From positions 33 through 64,032 of the forward strand of contig CAZEAE010000015.1 of the NCBI GenBank assembly GCA_964510095.1: a stretch of DNA of 64,000 bases, read 5' to 3'. The position numbers and the translations under genes were made by a program. The stretch's first letter is position 1; every line of letters begins with the position of its first letter. Under the pieces are notes generated by a model. The model made no database searches. It was not told where the DNA came from and saw only the letters and a program-made list of their open reading frames with translations. This document shows, in pieces, positions 9,978 to 18,725 of the stretch. This DNA is from an uncultured Elusimicrobia bacterium. GTDB taxonomy: Bacteria > Elusimicrobiota > Elusimicrobia > UBA1565 > UBA9628.

Positions 9978-10742
9978 ATGAACTGGGGCTTGCCCGCCGC
10001 CGCCTCCACCTACGCCGGAGAGATCGACTTCGGCATCAAGCTGATCCATTGGGCGATGCTCTTCATCTTCGTCCTCTGGGGCGTCTTCTTCGCCTACCTG
10101 CTGGTCCGCTACCGCCGCCGGCCCGGAGTCCCCGCCGAACGCGAGCATGAACACAGCGTCCTCAAGAGCCTGGCGCCCGACATCGCCGTCATGGTCTTCG
10201 AGATCGGCCTCATCGCGCTCTACGCCTTGCCGGTCTGGAGCCGGATCAAGGTCTCGTTCCCCGACCCCGCTTCCGCCCATCAGGTCGACGTCATCGCCGA
10301 GCAGTTCGCCTGGAACGCCCATTACCCGGGCCCCGACGGCAAGTTCGGCCGCCGTGACCCCAAGCTCCTCCACTTCACCAACCCCATCGGCCTCGACCTG
10401 ACCGACCCCGCCGCCGAGGACGACCTCGTGTCGGCCAACGACATCCACATGCCCCTGGGCAAGCAGACCTTGATCCGGCTGAGCTCCAAGGACGTCATCC
10501 ACAGCTTCTTCGTGCCGGAGTTCCGCATCAAGCAGGACGCCGTGCCCGGCATGGTGATCCCGGTCTGGGTCGAGCCCTCCCGCGCGGGCGTCTTCGTGAT
10601 CAGCTGCGCCCAGCTCTGCGGCTTCGCCCACAGCATCATGCGCGGCGACGTCATCGTCCACACCCCCGAGGATTACGCGGCCTGGGTCAAGGCGCAAGCC
10701 GGGCAGGCGGTCAAGAAGGAGAAAGCGGCAGAGTCATGGTAA
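9978..10742 (+). CDS. coxB: Cytochrome c oxidase subunit II
   Basis: Two TM helices, AEQFAW, KDVIHSF and the CuA motif CAQLCGFAHSIM. ATG 9978 is preferred over TTG 9951. Confidence 0.95.
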   Translation: MNWGLPAAASTYAGEIDFGIKLIHWAMLFIFVLWGVFFAYLLVRYRRRPGVPAEREHEHSVLKSLAPDIAVMVFEIGLIALYALPVWSRIKVSFPDPASAHQVDVIAEQFAWNAHYPGPDGKFGRRDPKLLHFTNPIGLDLTDPAAEDDLVSANDIHMPLGKQTLIRLSSKDVIHSFFVPEFRIKQDAVPGMVIPVWVEPSRAGVFVISCAQLCGFAHSIMRGDVIVHTPEDYAAWVKAQAGQAVKKEKAAESW

Positions 10743-12478
10743 CCCACGCCCCCGACGCGCACCACGGACACGAGCCCCAGCATTGGGTGTGGAAATACGT
10801 CTTCTCCCTCGACCACAAGGTCATCGGCCTGCAGTATCTGATCACCTCCTTCGTCTTCCTGATGATCGGCTTCATGCTCATGATGCTGATGCGCTGGCAG
10901 CTGGCCTACCCCGGCGTGGCGATCCCCTTCTTCGGCAAGCTCTTCTCGCCTGAGCTGGCGCCCAACGGCGTCATGTCCGGGGAGTTCTACAACTCGCTCG
11001 GCGCCATGCACGGCACCATCATGGTCTTCTTGGGCGTGGTCCCCCTCGGCGTCGGCGCCTTCGGCAACTACGTCCTGCCGCTGCAGATCGGCGCGCCCGA
11101 CATGGCCTTCCCGCGATTGAACCTGGCTTCTTATTGGGTCTATCTGCCCGGCGGCCTGCTGATGCTGGCCTCCTTCCTCATGCCCGGCGGCGCCGCCCAA
11201 TCGGGCTGGACCTCTTACCCGCCGCTGTCGATCATCAACCCCGGCCAGACCGTCTGGCTGCTCTCGATGGTCCTCTTGATCACCTCCTCGCTCCTTGGCT
11301 CGATCAATTTCCTGGTGACCGCTTTGAACCTGCGCGCTCCCGGGCTGAGCCTCTGGCGCCTGCCCGTCTTCACCTGGTCCCAGATCGTGACCGCCGTGCT
11401 GCTGCTGCTGGCCTTCCCGCCGCTGGAGGCCGCCGCGGTCCTGCAGCTGATGGACCGGGTCTTCCACACCAGCTTCTACATCCCCACCGGCATGGTCGTC
11501 CTCGGCAAGGAGAGCAACTTCTCCGGCGGCGGCCAGCCGCTGCTCTGGCAGCACCTGTTCTGGTTCCTGGCCCACCCCGAGGTCTACGTCCTCGTCCTGC
11601 CCCCGATGGGCATCTGCGCCGAGATCTTCGCCAACAACACGCGCAAGCCCCTGCACGGCTACAAGACCATCGTCATCTCGATGATCTCCATCGGCGTCTT
11701 GTCCTTCACCGTCTGGGCCCACCACATGTTCCAGAGCGGCATGAGCCCGGCCCTCGGGAATTTCTTCCTGGTCACGACCATGCTCATCTCCGTGCCCTCG
11801 GTGGCCATCCTGACCAGCTTCATCTACAGCCTCAAAGGCGGGTCCATAAGGTTCAACGTGCCCATGCTCTTCGCCCTGGCCTTCCTCCCGATGTTCGGCA
11901 TCGGCGGGCTCACGGGCCTGCCGCTGGGCCTGACGGTGACCGACATCTATCTGCACGACACCTACTACGTGATCGGCCACTTCCACTACGTCGTCGTCAC
12001 GGGCTCCATCATCGCGCTCTTCGCCGGCGTATATTTCTGGTTCCCGAAGTGGTTCGGCCGGAAGATGGACGATACCCTCGGGAAGATCCATTTCTGGGGG
12101 ACGCTGGCCAGCATGAACGGCATCTTCTTCCCGATGTTCATCATGGGCATGGCCGGGGCCAACCGCCGCTACTACGACATGACGGCGCATACCCACACCC
12201 TGGGCATCCAGCACTGGAACGTCGTGGCCACCTGGTCGGCCTACGCCTTGTTCGCCTTCCAATTCCCATTCATCTACAACTTCTTCAACAGCATGTTCCG
12301 CGGAGAGAAGACCGTCGAGAATCCATGGCAGGCGACCACGCTGGAATGGGCCTGCCCCTCGCCTCCCCCGCACGGCAACTTCACCGAGACCCCGCGCGTC
12401 TACCGCGGCCCTTACGAGTACACGCCCGAAGGCGGCAAGACCGACTGGCACCCCCAGCACGTCAAGGACCCCGCATGA
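10736..12478 (+). CDS. coxA: Cytochrome c oxidase subunit I (A-type heme-copper oxidase)
   Basis: [26 protein letters not shown] and [12 protein letters not shown] motifs. Confidence 0.97.
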   Translation: MVTHAPDAHHGHEPQHWVWKYVFSLDHKVIGLQYLITSFVFLMIGFMLMMLMRWQLAYPGVAIPFFGKLFSPELAPNGVMSGEFYNSLGAMHGTIMVFLGVVPLGVGAFGNYVLPLQIGAPDMAFPRLNLASYWVYLPGGLLMLASFLMPGGAAQSGWTSYPPLSIINPGQTVWLLSMVLLITSSLLGSINFLVTALNLRAPGLSLWRLPVFTWSQIVTAVLLLLAFPPLEAAAVLQLMDRVFHTSFYIPTGMVVLGKESNFSGGGQPLLWQHLFWFLAHPEVYVLVLPPMGICAEIFANNTRKPLHGYKTIVISMISIGVLSFTVWAHHMFQSGMSPALGNFFLVTTMLISVPSVAILTSFIYSLKGGSIRFNVPMLFALAFLPMFGIGGLTGLPLGLTVTDIYLHDTYYVIGHFHYVVVTGSIIALFAGVYFWFPKWFGRKMDDTLGKIHFWGTLASMNGIFFPMFIMGMAGANRRYYDMTAHTHTLGIQHWNVVATWSAYALFAFQFPFIYNFFNSMFRGEKTVENPWQATTLEWACPSPPPHGNFTETPRVYRGPYEYTPEGGKTDWHPQHVKDPA

Positions 12479-13065
12479 GCGCGCACGCCGCCGTCTTGGA
12501 GCAGAACGACACGCACAGCGGCATCACCAACGCCAAGCTGGGCATCTGGCTCTTCCTGGCCTCCGAGGTGATGCTCTTCTCGACCCTCTTCACCAGCTAC
12601 ATCGTCCTGCGGATGGCGGCCCCCAGCTGGCCCCGCGGCTGGGACGAGCTCAACGTCCCCTTGGCCATGATTAACACCTTCGTGCTGATCACCTCCTCGG
12701 TGACGATGGTGCTGGCCTATGCCAAGGCCTACGACAAGGACCTCACGGGCTTCCGGCGCTACATGGCGCTGACCATCGCCCTGGGCGGGCTCTTCCTCGT
12801 GTTCAAGGGCTTCGAGTACGGCGCGCATTTCAAGCACCACCAGTTCCCCTCAACGAGCATCTTCAACGCCGTTTATTTCACGCTGACGGGCCTGCACTGC
12901 GTCCACATCATCGGCGGCCTGATCGTCAACGCCGCGCTGCTGTGGCTGGCCGGAGAGGACTTCCTGCACCCGCTCTTCCTAGGGCGCATCGAGGGCGCCG
13001 GGCTTTACTGGCATTTCGTCGACCTCGTCTGGATATTCCTCTTCCCCGCCCTTTACCTGTTATGA
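12475..13065 (+). CDS. coxC: Cytochrome c oxidase subunit III (short form)
   Basis: ATG 12475 overlaps the coxA TGA. Motifs [21 protein letters not shown] and YWHFVDLVW. Confidence 0.95.
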   Translation: MSAHAAVLEQNDTHSGITNAKLGIWLFLASEVMLFSTLFTSYIVLRMAAPSWPRGWDELNVPLAMINTFVLITSSVTMVLAYAKAYDKDLTGFRRYMALTIALGGLFLVFKGFEYGAHFKHHQFPSTSIFNAVYFTLTGLHCVHIIGGLIVNAALLWLAGEDFLHPLFLGRIEGAGLYWHFVDLVWIFLFPALYLL

Positions 13066-13421
13066 GCGCCAGCAAAGAAGCCTCCCTCGACGCGCACCGG
13101 CCGAACGTCAAAGTCTACCTGATCGTCTTCGCCGTCCTGATGGTGATGACCGTCGTCACGGTGCTGGTCTCCTACTGGCACCTGCCGCCATTGCAAGCCG
13201 TCGCGCTGGGCCTGGCCATCGCCACCTTCAAGGCCGGCCTGGTCGCCTTCTATTTCATGCACCTCAAGGACGAGCGTCCCCTGATCTACGGCCTTCTCGC
13301 CATCACCGCTTTCCTGCTCCTGTTCTTGTATATCCTCCCGGTCACCGACAGCCGCCTCATCAGCGACAAGGCGGCGCCCGCCGCGCCCGTCAGCGCCGCG
13401 CCGCAGGCGCACGAGCACTGA
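13062..13421 (+). CDS. coxD: Cytochrome c oxidase subunit IV family protein
   Basis: ATGA overlap with coxC; [12 protein letters not shown]...[13 protein letters not shown] motif. Confidence 0.9.
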   Translation: MSASKEASLDAHRPNVKVYLIVFAVLMVMTVVTVLVSYWHLPPLQAVALGLAIATFKAGLVAFYFMHLKDERPLIYGLLAITAFLLLFLYILPVTDSRLISDKAAPAAPVSAAPQAHEH

Positions 13422-13600
13422 TGTCGCTCAAAGCCTTCCACGTCGTGTTCATCTTCGCCTCCCTCTCGCTGATGGGCTTCTCCAGCTACTGGTCGCTGGC
13501 CCAGGCGCAATGGGGTCTGCTGGCCTCCGCCGGCGCCGGGTTCGCGGCCGGCTTGGGCTACCTGGGCTGGTTCCTGCGCGCCCATCGGGCCTTGCGATGA
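13421..13600 (+). CDS. 59-aa two-TM membrane microprotein ([17 protein letters not shown]...), absent from the ORF track
   Basis: ATG at 13421 overlaps the coxD TGA, and its TGA at 13598-13600 overlaps the next ATG. It has two hydrophobic segments. Confidence 0.75.
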   Translation: MSLKAFHVVFIFASLSLMGFSSYWSLAQAQWGLLASAGAGFAAGLGYLGWFLRAHRALR

Positions 13601-13794
13601 GCGGCCTGCTGTGGGCGCTGCTCTCCCCCCGGACGGCCGCGGCCTGCGCCGTCTGCTTCAACCCGAACGACAAGAGCGGCCTGGCGGCGGGCTTCAAGTG
13701 GGGCTTGATCGCCCTGCTAGGCACGACCTTCTTCGCCTTGGGCGGCATCATCCTGGCCATCGCCAAGATCGAGCGCGCCCGCAAGCCCCTATGA
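13597..13794 (+). CDS. 65-aa membrane microprotein with CxxC (ACAVCF) motif
   Basis: ATGA coupling on both sides; signal-like N-terminus, AAACAVCF, then one TM helix. Confidence 0.75.
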   Translation: MSGLLWALLSPRTAAACAVCFNPNDKSGLAAGFKWGLIALLGTTFFALGGIILAIAKIERARKPL

Positions 13795-14618
13795 CCCCCA
13801 CGCTGCGCCTCTACGCTCGCCTGACGGCCGGCAGCGCCTTCTTCCTGCTCATCGCCGGCGGCATGGTGACCTCGACGGGTGCCGGGCTCTCCGTGCCGGA
13901 CTGGCCCTTGGCTTTCGGCATGGTCTTCCCGCCGATGATCGGCGGGGTGTTCTACGAGCACGGCCACCGGCTGACGGCCGGCGTCGTCAGCCTGCTGACC
14001 TTCGGCCTGGCCTTCTGGGTGCACCGCACGGAGGAGCGCCTCTGGGTGCGCCGCTTGGCGCTGGCCGCCGCGGGCGGGATCCTGGGCCAAGCCCTGCTGG
14101 GCGGCCTGACGGTGATCCTCAAGCTTCCGGCCGTGGTCTCGGTCTCTCATGCCTGCCTCGGCCAGGCGATCTTCTGCCTCCTCCTGCTGCTGGCGCAGGC
14201 GACTACGGACCTGCCGCAAGGCCGCGCTCCGGCGCACGTGTGGAAGGCCGCCGCCGGCGCCTCCGCGGCGGTCTTCCTGCAGCTTTTCTTAGGCGCGCTC
14301 GTGCGCCACACCGGCCATGGGCTGACGGTCCACATCATTTGGGCTGCCGGCGCGACGATCGCCGTGCTCGCGGCCGCGGGCCTGGCGCTAAAGGCCTCCG
14401 GAGAACAAACGGCGCTCAAGGGGCCGGCCATCGCCTTGGGCCTCTTGATCCCGCTCCAGCTGGCGCTAGGGTTCATGGCTCTGATCATCCGGCACTCGGC
14501 GCTGTCTCCTCTAGGCTTCCGGGCCTCGGCGCTGATGATCACCGCTCATCTGGCCGCAGGCGCCTTGATCCTGGGCGCAAGCGTAGTCCTGGCGGCGCGA
14601 GCCTATCAGACCCGATGA
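13791..14618 (+). CDS. ctaA: Heme A synthase (COX15/CtaA family)
   Basis: GGMVTSTGAGLSVPDWP, EHGHRL, QALLGGLTV and HACLGQ motifs; cox operon context. Confidence 0.9.
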   Translation: MTPTLRLYARLTAGSAFFLLIAGGMVTSTGAGLSVPDWPLAFGMVFPPMIGGVFYEHGHRLTAGVVSLLTFGLAFWVHRTEERLWVRRLALAAAGGILGQALLGGLTVILKLPAVVSVSHACLGQAIFCLLLLLAQATTDLPQGRAPAHVWKAAAGASAAVFLQLFLGALVRHTGHGLTVHIIWAAGATIAVLAAAGLALKASGEQTALKGPAIALGLLIPLQLALGFMALIIRHSALSPLGFRASALMITAHLAAGALILGASVVLAARAYQTR

Positions 14619-15454
14619 GACCCTACGCCGCGCTCTGCAAGCCGCGCATCGCCCTGATGGTCGCCTTGACGACCTGGCTGGGCTTCGCCGTGGCCGGCGG
14701 ACATTTCGGAGCGAGACTGCTCTGGACGCTCCTGGGCACGACGCTGGCGGCTTGCGCCTGCGGATGTCTGAACCAGTGGCTCGAGGTGGCTCAGGATTCA
14801 AGGATGACGCGCACCGCCAAGCGCCCCCTTCCGGCCGGCGACCTGACCTCCCCGCAGGCCCTGGCCTTCGGCCTTTCGCTGGCCGCGCTGGGGCTGGCCG
14901 TCCTGGCCTGGAAATCGAACGCACTGGCCCTGGGGATCACCGGCGCCACCCTGATCCTCTATCTTCTAGCCTACACGCCCCTCAAGCAGGTGACGCCGCA
15001 GACGACCTGGATCGGCGCGGTGGCGGGCGCGACGCCGCCTCTGGTGGGCTGGGCGGCGGCGCGCGGCAATCTGGCGGCGCAAGCCTGGGTGCTCTTCGCC
15101 ATCCAGTTCCTCTGGCAGATCCCCCATTTTTTGGCCATGTTCCACATGCACCGAGACGACTACGAGAAGGCCGGCTTCAAGGTGATGCCGGTCGTAGACG
15201 ACCGCGGCGACGTGACGGCGGCCCAGATCGCGCTGCACTCCTTCACGGTCCTGCCGGCCAGCCTGGCTCCCAGCTTCTGCGGCATGGCCGGTCCCGCTTA
15301 CGGCCTAGGCGCGCTGGTGCTGGGCACCGCCTACCTGGGCCTGGGCATGCGTGCCAGCTGGACCTTGGCCCGCGTCGACACCCGCCGTCTTTTCTTGGCC
15401 TCATTGCTCTATCTGCCGGCCATCTTCGGCATGCTTCTTCTGGGAGGCGTTTGA
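14615..15454 (+). CDS. ctaB: Protoheme IX farnesyltransferase (heme O synthase)
   Basis: LCKPRI, NQWLE..QDSRMTRTAKRPLP, YTPLK, WQIPHF and RDDYEKAG motifs. Confidence 0.95.
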   Translation: MRPYAALCKPRIALMVALTTWLGFAVAGGHFGARLLWTLLGTTLAACACGCLNQWLEVAQDSRMTRTAKRPLPAGDLTSPQALAFGLSLAALGLAVLAWKSNALALGITGATLILYLLAYTPLKQVTPQTTWIGAVAGATPPLVGWAAARGNLAAQAWVLFAIQFLWQIPHFLAMFHMHRDDYEKAGFKVMPVVDDRGDVTAAQIALHSFTVLPASLAPSFCGMAGPAYGLGALVLGTAYLGLGMRASWTLARVDTRRLFLASLLYLPAIFGMLLLGGV

Positions 15455-15455
15455 T

Positions 15456-16160
15456 ATGGTTCGCTTGCGACGATTCTTAGTCCTGGCCTTGCTCCCCGCT
15501 CTGGCCGCCTGCGGCAATCAGGGACCGGTGGCGAAATCCAAGGGCGAGGCCTATTTCCGCGGCTACGGCTGCGTGAAGTGCCATCGGATCGGCGAAGAAG
15601 GCGGCGACTGGGGCCCGGACCTGACGATGGTGGGCTTCCGCAAGACCCCGCAATGGCTGGCGCTTTGGATCGAGAACCCCCACGCCTGGCGGGCGAAGAC
15701 GATCATGCCGAACTTCCATCTTCCCGAAGACATCCGAACGGACCTGGTTGCGTATCTCTCCGAGCAGAAGGGCCAGGCCTGGGCCAAGAGCGGGCGCCCC
15801 TGGCAGCACGCCGACCTGAAAGGCGATGAGCTCAAGCGGGGCGAGACGCTCTTCAACAACGCCGGCTGCGTGTCTTGCCACGGAGCCAAGGGCACGGGCG
15901 GCTACCCGAACAACAACGTCATCGGGGGCGCCATCCCGACGCTGACGAAGGTGTCGGAAGGCTATACCAAAGAAGAGCTCATGGAAAAGATAAGGGGCGG
16001 CGTAACCCCGGCCGCGGAAGACCCCTCCCTGCCGGCGCCGATGATCTCCATGCCCAAGTGGGGCGAGGTCCTGGACCACGAAGAGCTGGAGGCGGTCGCC
16101 AGCTACCTGATCTCGCTAGCGCCCAAGAAGTCGGGCCAAGCCTCCAAAGACAGCTGGTAG
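15456..16160 (+). CDS. Diheme c-type cytochrome lipoprotein, paralog of 9244-9921
   Basis: LAAC lipobox; CVKCH and CVSCH; shares GPDLT.VG, PNNNV.GG.IP.L and TKEEL with 9244-9921. Confidence 0.88.
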   Translation: MVRLRRFLVLALLPALAACGNQGPVAKSKGEAYFRGYGCVKCHRIGEEGGDWGPDLTMVGFRKTPQWLALWIENPHAWRAKTIMPNFHLPEDIRTDLVAYLSEQKGQAWAKSGRPWQHADLKGDELKRGETLFNNAGCVSCHGAKGTGGYPNNNVIGGAIPTLTKVSEGYTKEELMEKIRGGVTPAAEDPSLPAPMISMPKWGEVLDHEELEAVASYLISLAPKKSGQASKDSW

Positions 16161-16208
16161 CCGGGGTGCCAGGCCCTCGGTTATTCGGTTATTTCCAGCT
16201 TGACCCCA

Positions 16209-16631
16209 TCATTTGGGCTCGACGCCCATGCCGTGGGTGAAGACCAGTTCGCCGCCCTTATAGGCGGTGGCGACAAGCACGCCGATGCAGAGGACCCAGG
16301 CTCCTAAGAAAACCAGAGGCCACTTCTCGCGCCAGCGCCAGCGCCACAAAGACAACCCGGTGAACAAGCCGGCCGCCCAGAAGGCCAGGGTCTCATGGGC
16401 TTCCAGGACTTCCCAAGCCGATGGCACGTGGGGCGCCGTATTCTCGGCCAGGAGCCCCAAGCCCAGCGCCGCCCATGCGCCCAAAGTCCCGCCCCAAAGC
16501 AGCAGCGAAGCAGCCTGTGCCAGCCCTTTGCCCGGCCAACGGCGGTCAGCCGAAGCCGCGGCCAGACCCGCCGTCAGCAGGGCGATCGGGAAGTGGACCG
16601 CGATCGGGTGGAGAAGGTAAGGCTTGAGCAA
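16209..16631 (-). CDS. DUF2231-family membrane protein
   Basis: HPIAVHFPIALL N-terminus, a conserved His in LEAHE, and a C-terminal TAYKGGELVF..G.GV. Confidence 0.8.
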   Translation of the reverse strand: MLKPYLLHPIAVHFPIALLTAGLAAASADRRWPGKGLAQAASLLLWGGTLGAWAALGLGLLAENTAPHVPSAWEVLEAHETLAFWAAGLFTGLSLWRWRWREKWPLVFLGAWVLCIGVLVATAYKGGELVFTHGMGVEPK

Positions 16632-16635
16632 TCGC

Positions 16636-17028
16636 CTACTTGCCCGCCTTCTCGACGTCGTCGACGATGAAAGCCTGCATGCCGCCGCGGGTGACCAGCT
16701 TGCCGGTCAGCTTCACCTGCTCGGCCGCCAATTCCCTGACCTTGGCGAAGCCTTTGCTCTTGTCATGGTTCTCGAGCAGCAGCACGGCGCTGCCGTCGGC
16801 TTTGAGCAGCCCCAGCGCCGCGCCGCCCACCGCGCAGCTCTTGGCGCATTTAGCATGCTTGGCGCCTGAGCCCGCGTGCTCCATGTAGCAATTCATATCG
16901 AGGACTTCGCCCTGAAGGGCGGTCACCGACGCAGCCTCCTTGGACCCGGCATGTTTATGGGCTTCACCGGCGAACACGGGACAAGCCAGCAGCGACGTCA
17001 CGGCAAGACTCAGTAGAATTTTTTTCAT
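16636..17028 (-). CDS. Small secreted Cys/His-rich protein (possible metal-binding OB-fold)
   Basis: AAGGGGG-type SD before ATG 17028; signal peptide MKKILLSLAV...VFA; GEVLDMNCY...HAKCAKSC. Confidence 0.75.
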   Translation of the reverse strand: MKKILLSLAVTSLLACPVFAGEAHKHAGSKEAASVTALQGEVLDMNCYMEHAGSGAKHAKCAKSCAVGGAALGLLKADGSAVLLLENHDKSKGFAKVRELAAEQVKLTGKLVTRGGMQAFIVDDVEKAGK

Positions 17029-17061
17029 AGGTTCCCCCTTTTGAGCATGATAGCAAAGAAC

Positions 17062-17090
17062 AATTGCAATAATTGAAGGCCTGACCCCGA
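17062..17090. repeat. 29-bp dispersed intergenic repeat, copy 1
   Basis: aattgcaataattgaaggcctgaccccga is identical to 45298-45326. Confidence 0.85.
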
Positions 17091-17093
17091 TCA

Positions 17094-18725
17094 TCAGGGA
17101 AGCAGGAAGGCCGCCCACTCGACCGGGTCCAACCGGTCGCTGTGCCCCGCCAGCCAGGAGCCCAGGCCCTCGGGGTCAGGGGCGCACGGCCTGCCGCGAT
17201 CATCACGCGAGCGGACCAGGCGCCGGAAGAAGCGGGCCGCCGCCGCGTTCAAAGCCGGCGCCTGCAGCTGGTCCAAGCCTTCCGGCAGCTCCGATCGCCG
17301 CGGACGGTCGTTCAAGGCCTCGCCCTGCACGCTCAGCCTCAACAGCCCGCAGCCGACGCTCCAAGCCCGGTCCAGCTGGCGTTTCTCATGCGTGGCCAGA
17401 TAAGCCGTAAGGAAAGCCTCGCCCATAGCCGTCTGATCGGCCAAGAACCCGCGTAAGCCCGCCTGCCCCAGCTCTCGGCTGACCTGGCCGTTTTTGACCC
17501 CGCTCGCCCACCAGCGCTCCAGCGTCTTGAGCGCATGCGCTCTTTCGGTGGGGCTGGCCTGCCCGCCCGCCTCGAGGACGGCGCGCGCCATCAAGGCGTT
17601 AGGCGCCGCGAACAGCCGCCGGTCCACCGCCGGAAGGCCGCGCTTGCGCCGCTCGAAGTCGGTGTAGCTGAAATAGCGCCAGCCCTCCAGCACCAAGCCG
17701 CCCTCCTGCTGGAGCTCCGAGGCCTGGCTGGCTCCGTATCCCCCCGCCGGGTCGGCCAAGAACGCATGGACGAAAGCCAGCGTGCGGCGCTGGGCTTCCG
17801 GGGGCAAGCCCGCCAGGAGCGACTCGGCCTGGTCGACCAGCCGCTTCTCGTAAGCCACGTCCGACCAGCCCTTGCCGGCGTATCGAAAGAAGCCGCCCCA
17901 AACCGGATCCTCGAGCTTCAGCGCCGCCTGCACCGCCTTGCCGGCCAAGCCATCGGCCCAAGGCTGACCTAAGCGGCGCAGGAATCCGATCCGCGCAAAA
18001 TGCGGGAAGTACGGCGGCCCGAAGCCCTGGCCATCCCAGGCCTTCTCCAACGATCGCCGCGCCGCTTCGGCCGCTTCAAGGGCGTTCTGCTTGCGGCGCA
18101 TGGGCTTTTGTCTTCCCGCTAGCCGCCGATCCGCGGCGTCCGCCGCCGCGTCCATCACCCCGGCGCGCCGTTTGCGGAAGGCCGATTCCAGGGCCCCGCC
18201 CCAGGCCAGGAAGCGCGCCGAGGACATGCTTGTGGCGGCGTCTAGGACCTCGCCGGTGGGCAGCAGCAGCGCCGTGGTCGGCCACCCCCCGCCCATATAG
18301 CGCAGTTCCAAATCCGGGCGGGCATCCGCGTCGACGCGGACGGCGATGGCGTGTTTCTCGAGCCAAGCGGCCACGGCCGGATCGGCATAGGTGGTCTCAT
18401 CCATGACACGGGAGGACCTCGGCCAGAAGGCCGTCAGATCGAGCAGGATGAGGCGGTCATGCTTTTGCGCCTCTCGCAGCAGGCCAGCGCTCCAGGGCCG
18501 CCAGGCAACCAAGGGCTTGCCGCCCCGCCGGACCGGGGAGGCCATCGCCGCCCGCGCGCGCAGGCGGCCATACATCCAGGACGGCAGGTCCCCTGCCCCG
18601 CTGAAGGCTATATACGCCGCGAAGAGCCCCGCGGCCACCGTGATCCCGCCCATGCCGATCATCACGCGGTGATGGATCTCCTTGCTGCGGGCCTTTTGAG
18701 CTTCCGTCCGCAGATCCTCTTTCAT
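17094..18725 (-). CDS. Membrane-anchored, degenerate DUF255/thioredoxin-domain (YyaL-like) protein
   Basis: ATG 18725 overlaps the upstream TGA. One N-terminal TM; [36 protein letters not shown] and YEKRLVDQ align with YyaL. Confidence 0.8.
   Translation of the reverse strand: MKEDLRTEAQKARSKEIHHRVMIGMGGITVAAGLFAAYIAFSGAGDLPSWMYGRLRARAAMASPVRRGGKPLVAWRPWSAGLLREAQKHDRLILLDLTAFWPRSSRVMDETTYADPAVAAWLEKHAIAVRVDADARPDLELRYMGGGWPTTALLLPTGEVLDAATSMSSARFLAWGGALESAFRKRRAGVMDAAADAADRRLAGRQKPMRRKQNALEAAEAARRSLEKAWDGQGFGPPYFPHFARIGFLRRLGQPWADGLAGKAVQAALKLEDPVWGGFFRYAGKGWSDVAYEKRLVDQAESLLAGLPPEAQRRTLAFVHAFLADPAGGYGASQASELQQEGGLVLEGWRYFSYTDFERRKRGLPAVDRRLFAAPNALMARAVLEAGGQASPTERAHALKTLERWWASGVKNGQVSRELGQAGLRGFLADQTAMGEAFLTAYLATHEKRQLDRAWSVGCGLLRLSVQGEALNDRPRRSELPEGLDQLQAPALNAAAARFFRRLVRSRDDRGRPCAPDPEGLGSWLAGHSDRLDPVEWAAFLLP

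Noticed and set aside
10607-10642. CuA motif CAQLC instead of CxExC
   Set aside because: That position ligates through the backbone carbonyl and Gln is a common substitution; not novel.
11134-13065. 643-aa ORF suggesting an extended or fused subunit III
   Set aside because: The first about 447 codons are an off-frame overlap with coxA; the real coxC starts at ATG 12475.
17080-17180. 11-bp inverted repeat cctgaccccga / tcggggtcagg suggesting a MITE
   Set aside because: The right arm lies inside the coding 3' end of the YyaL-like gene (A-P-D-P-E) and has no counterpart at the second repeat copy; probably chance.
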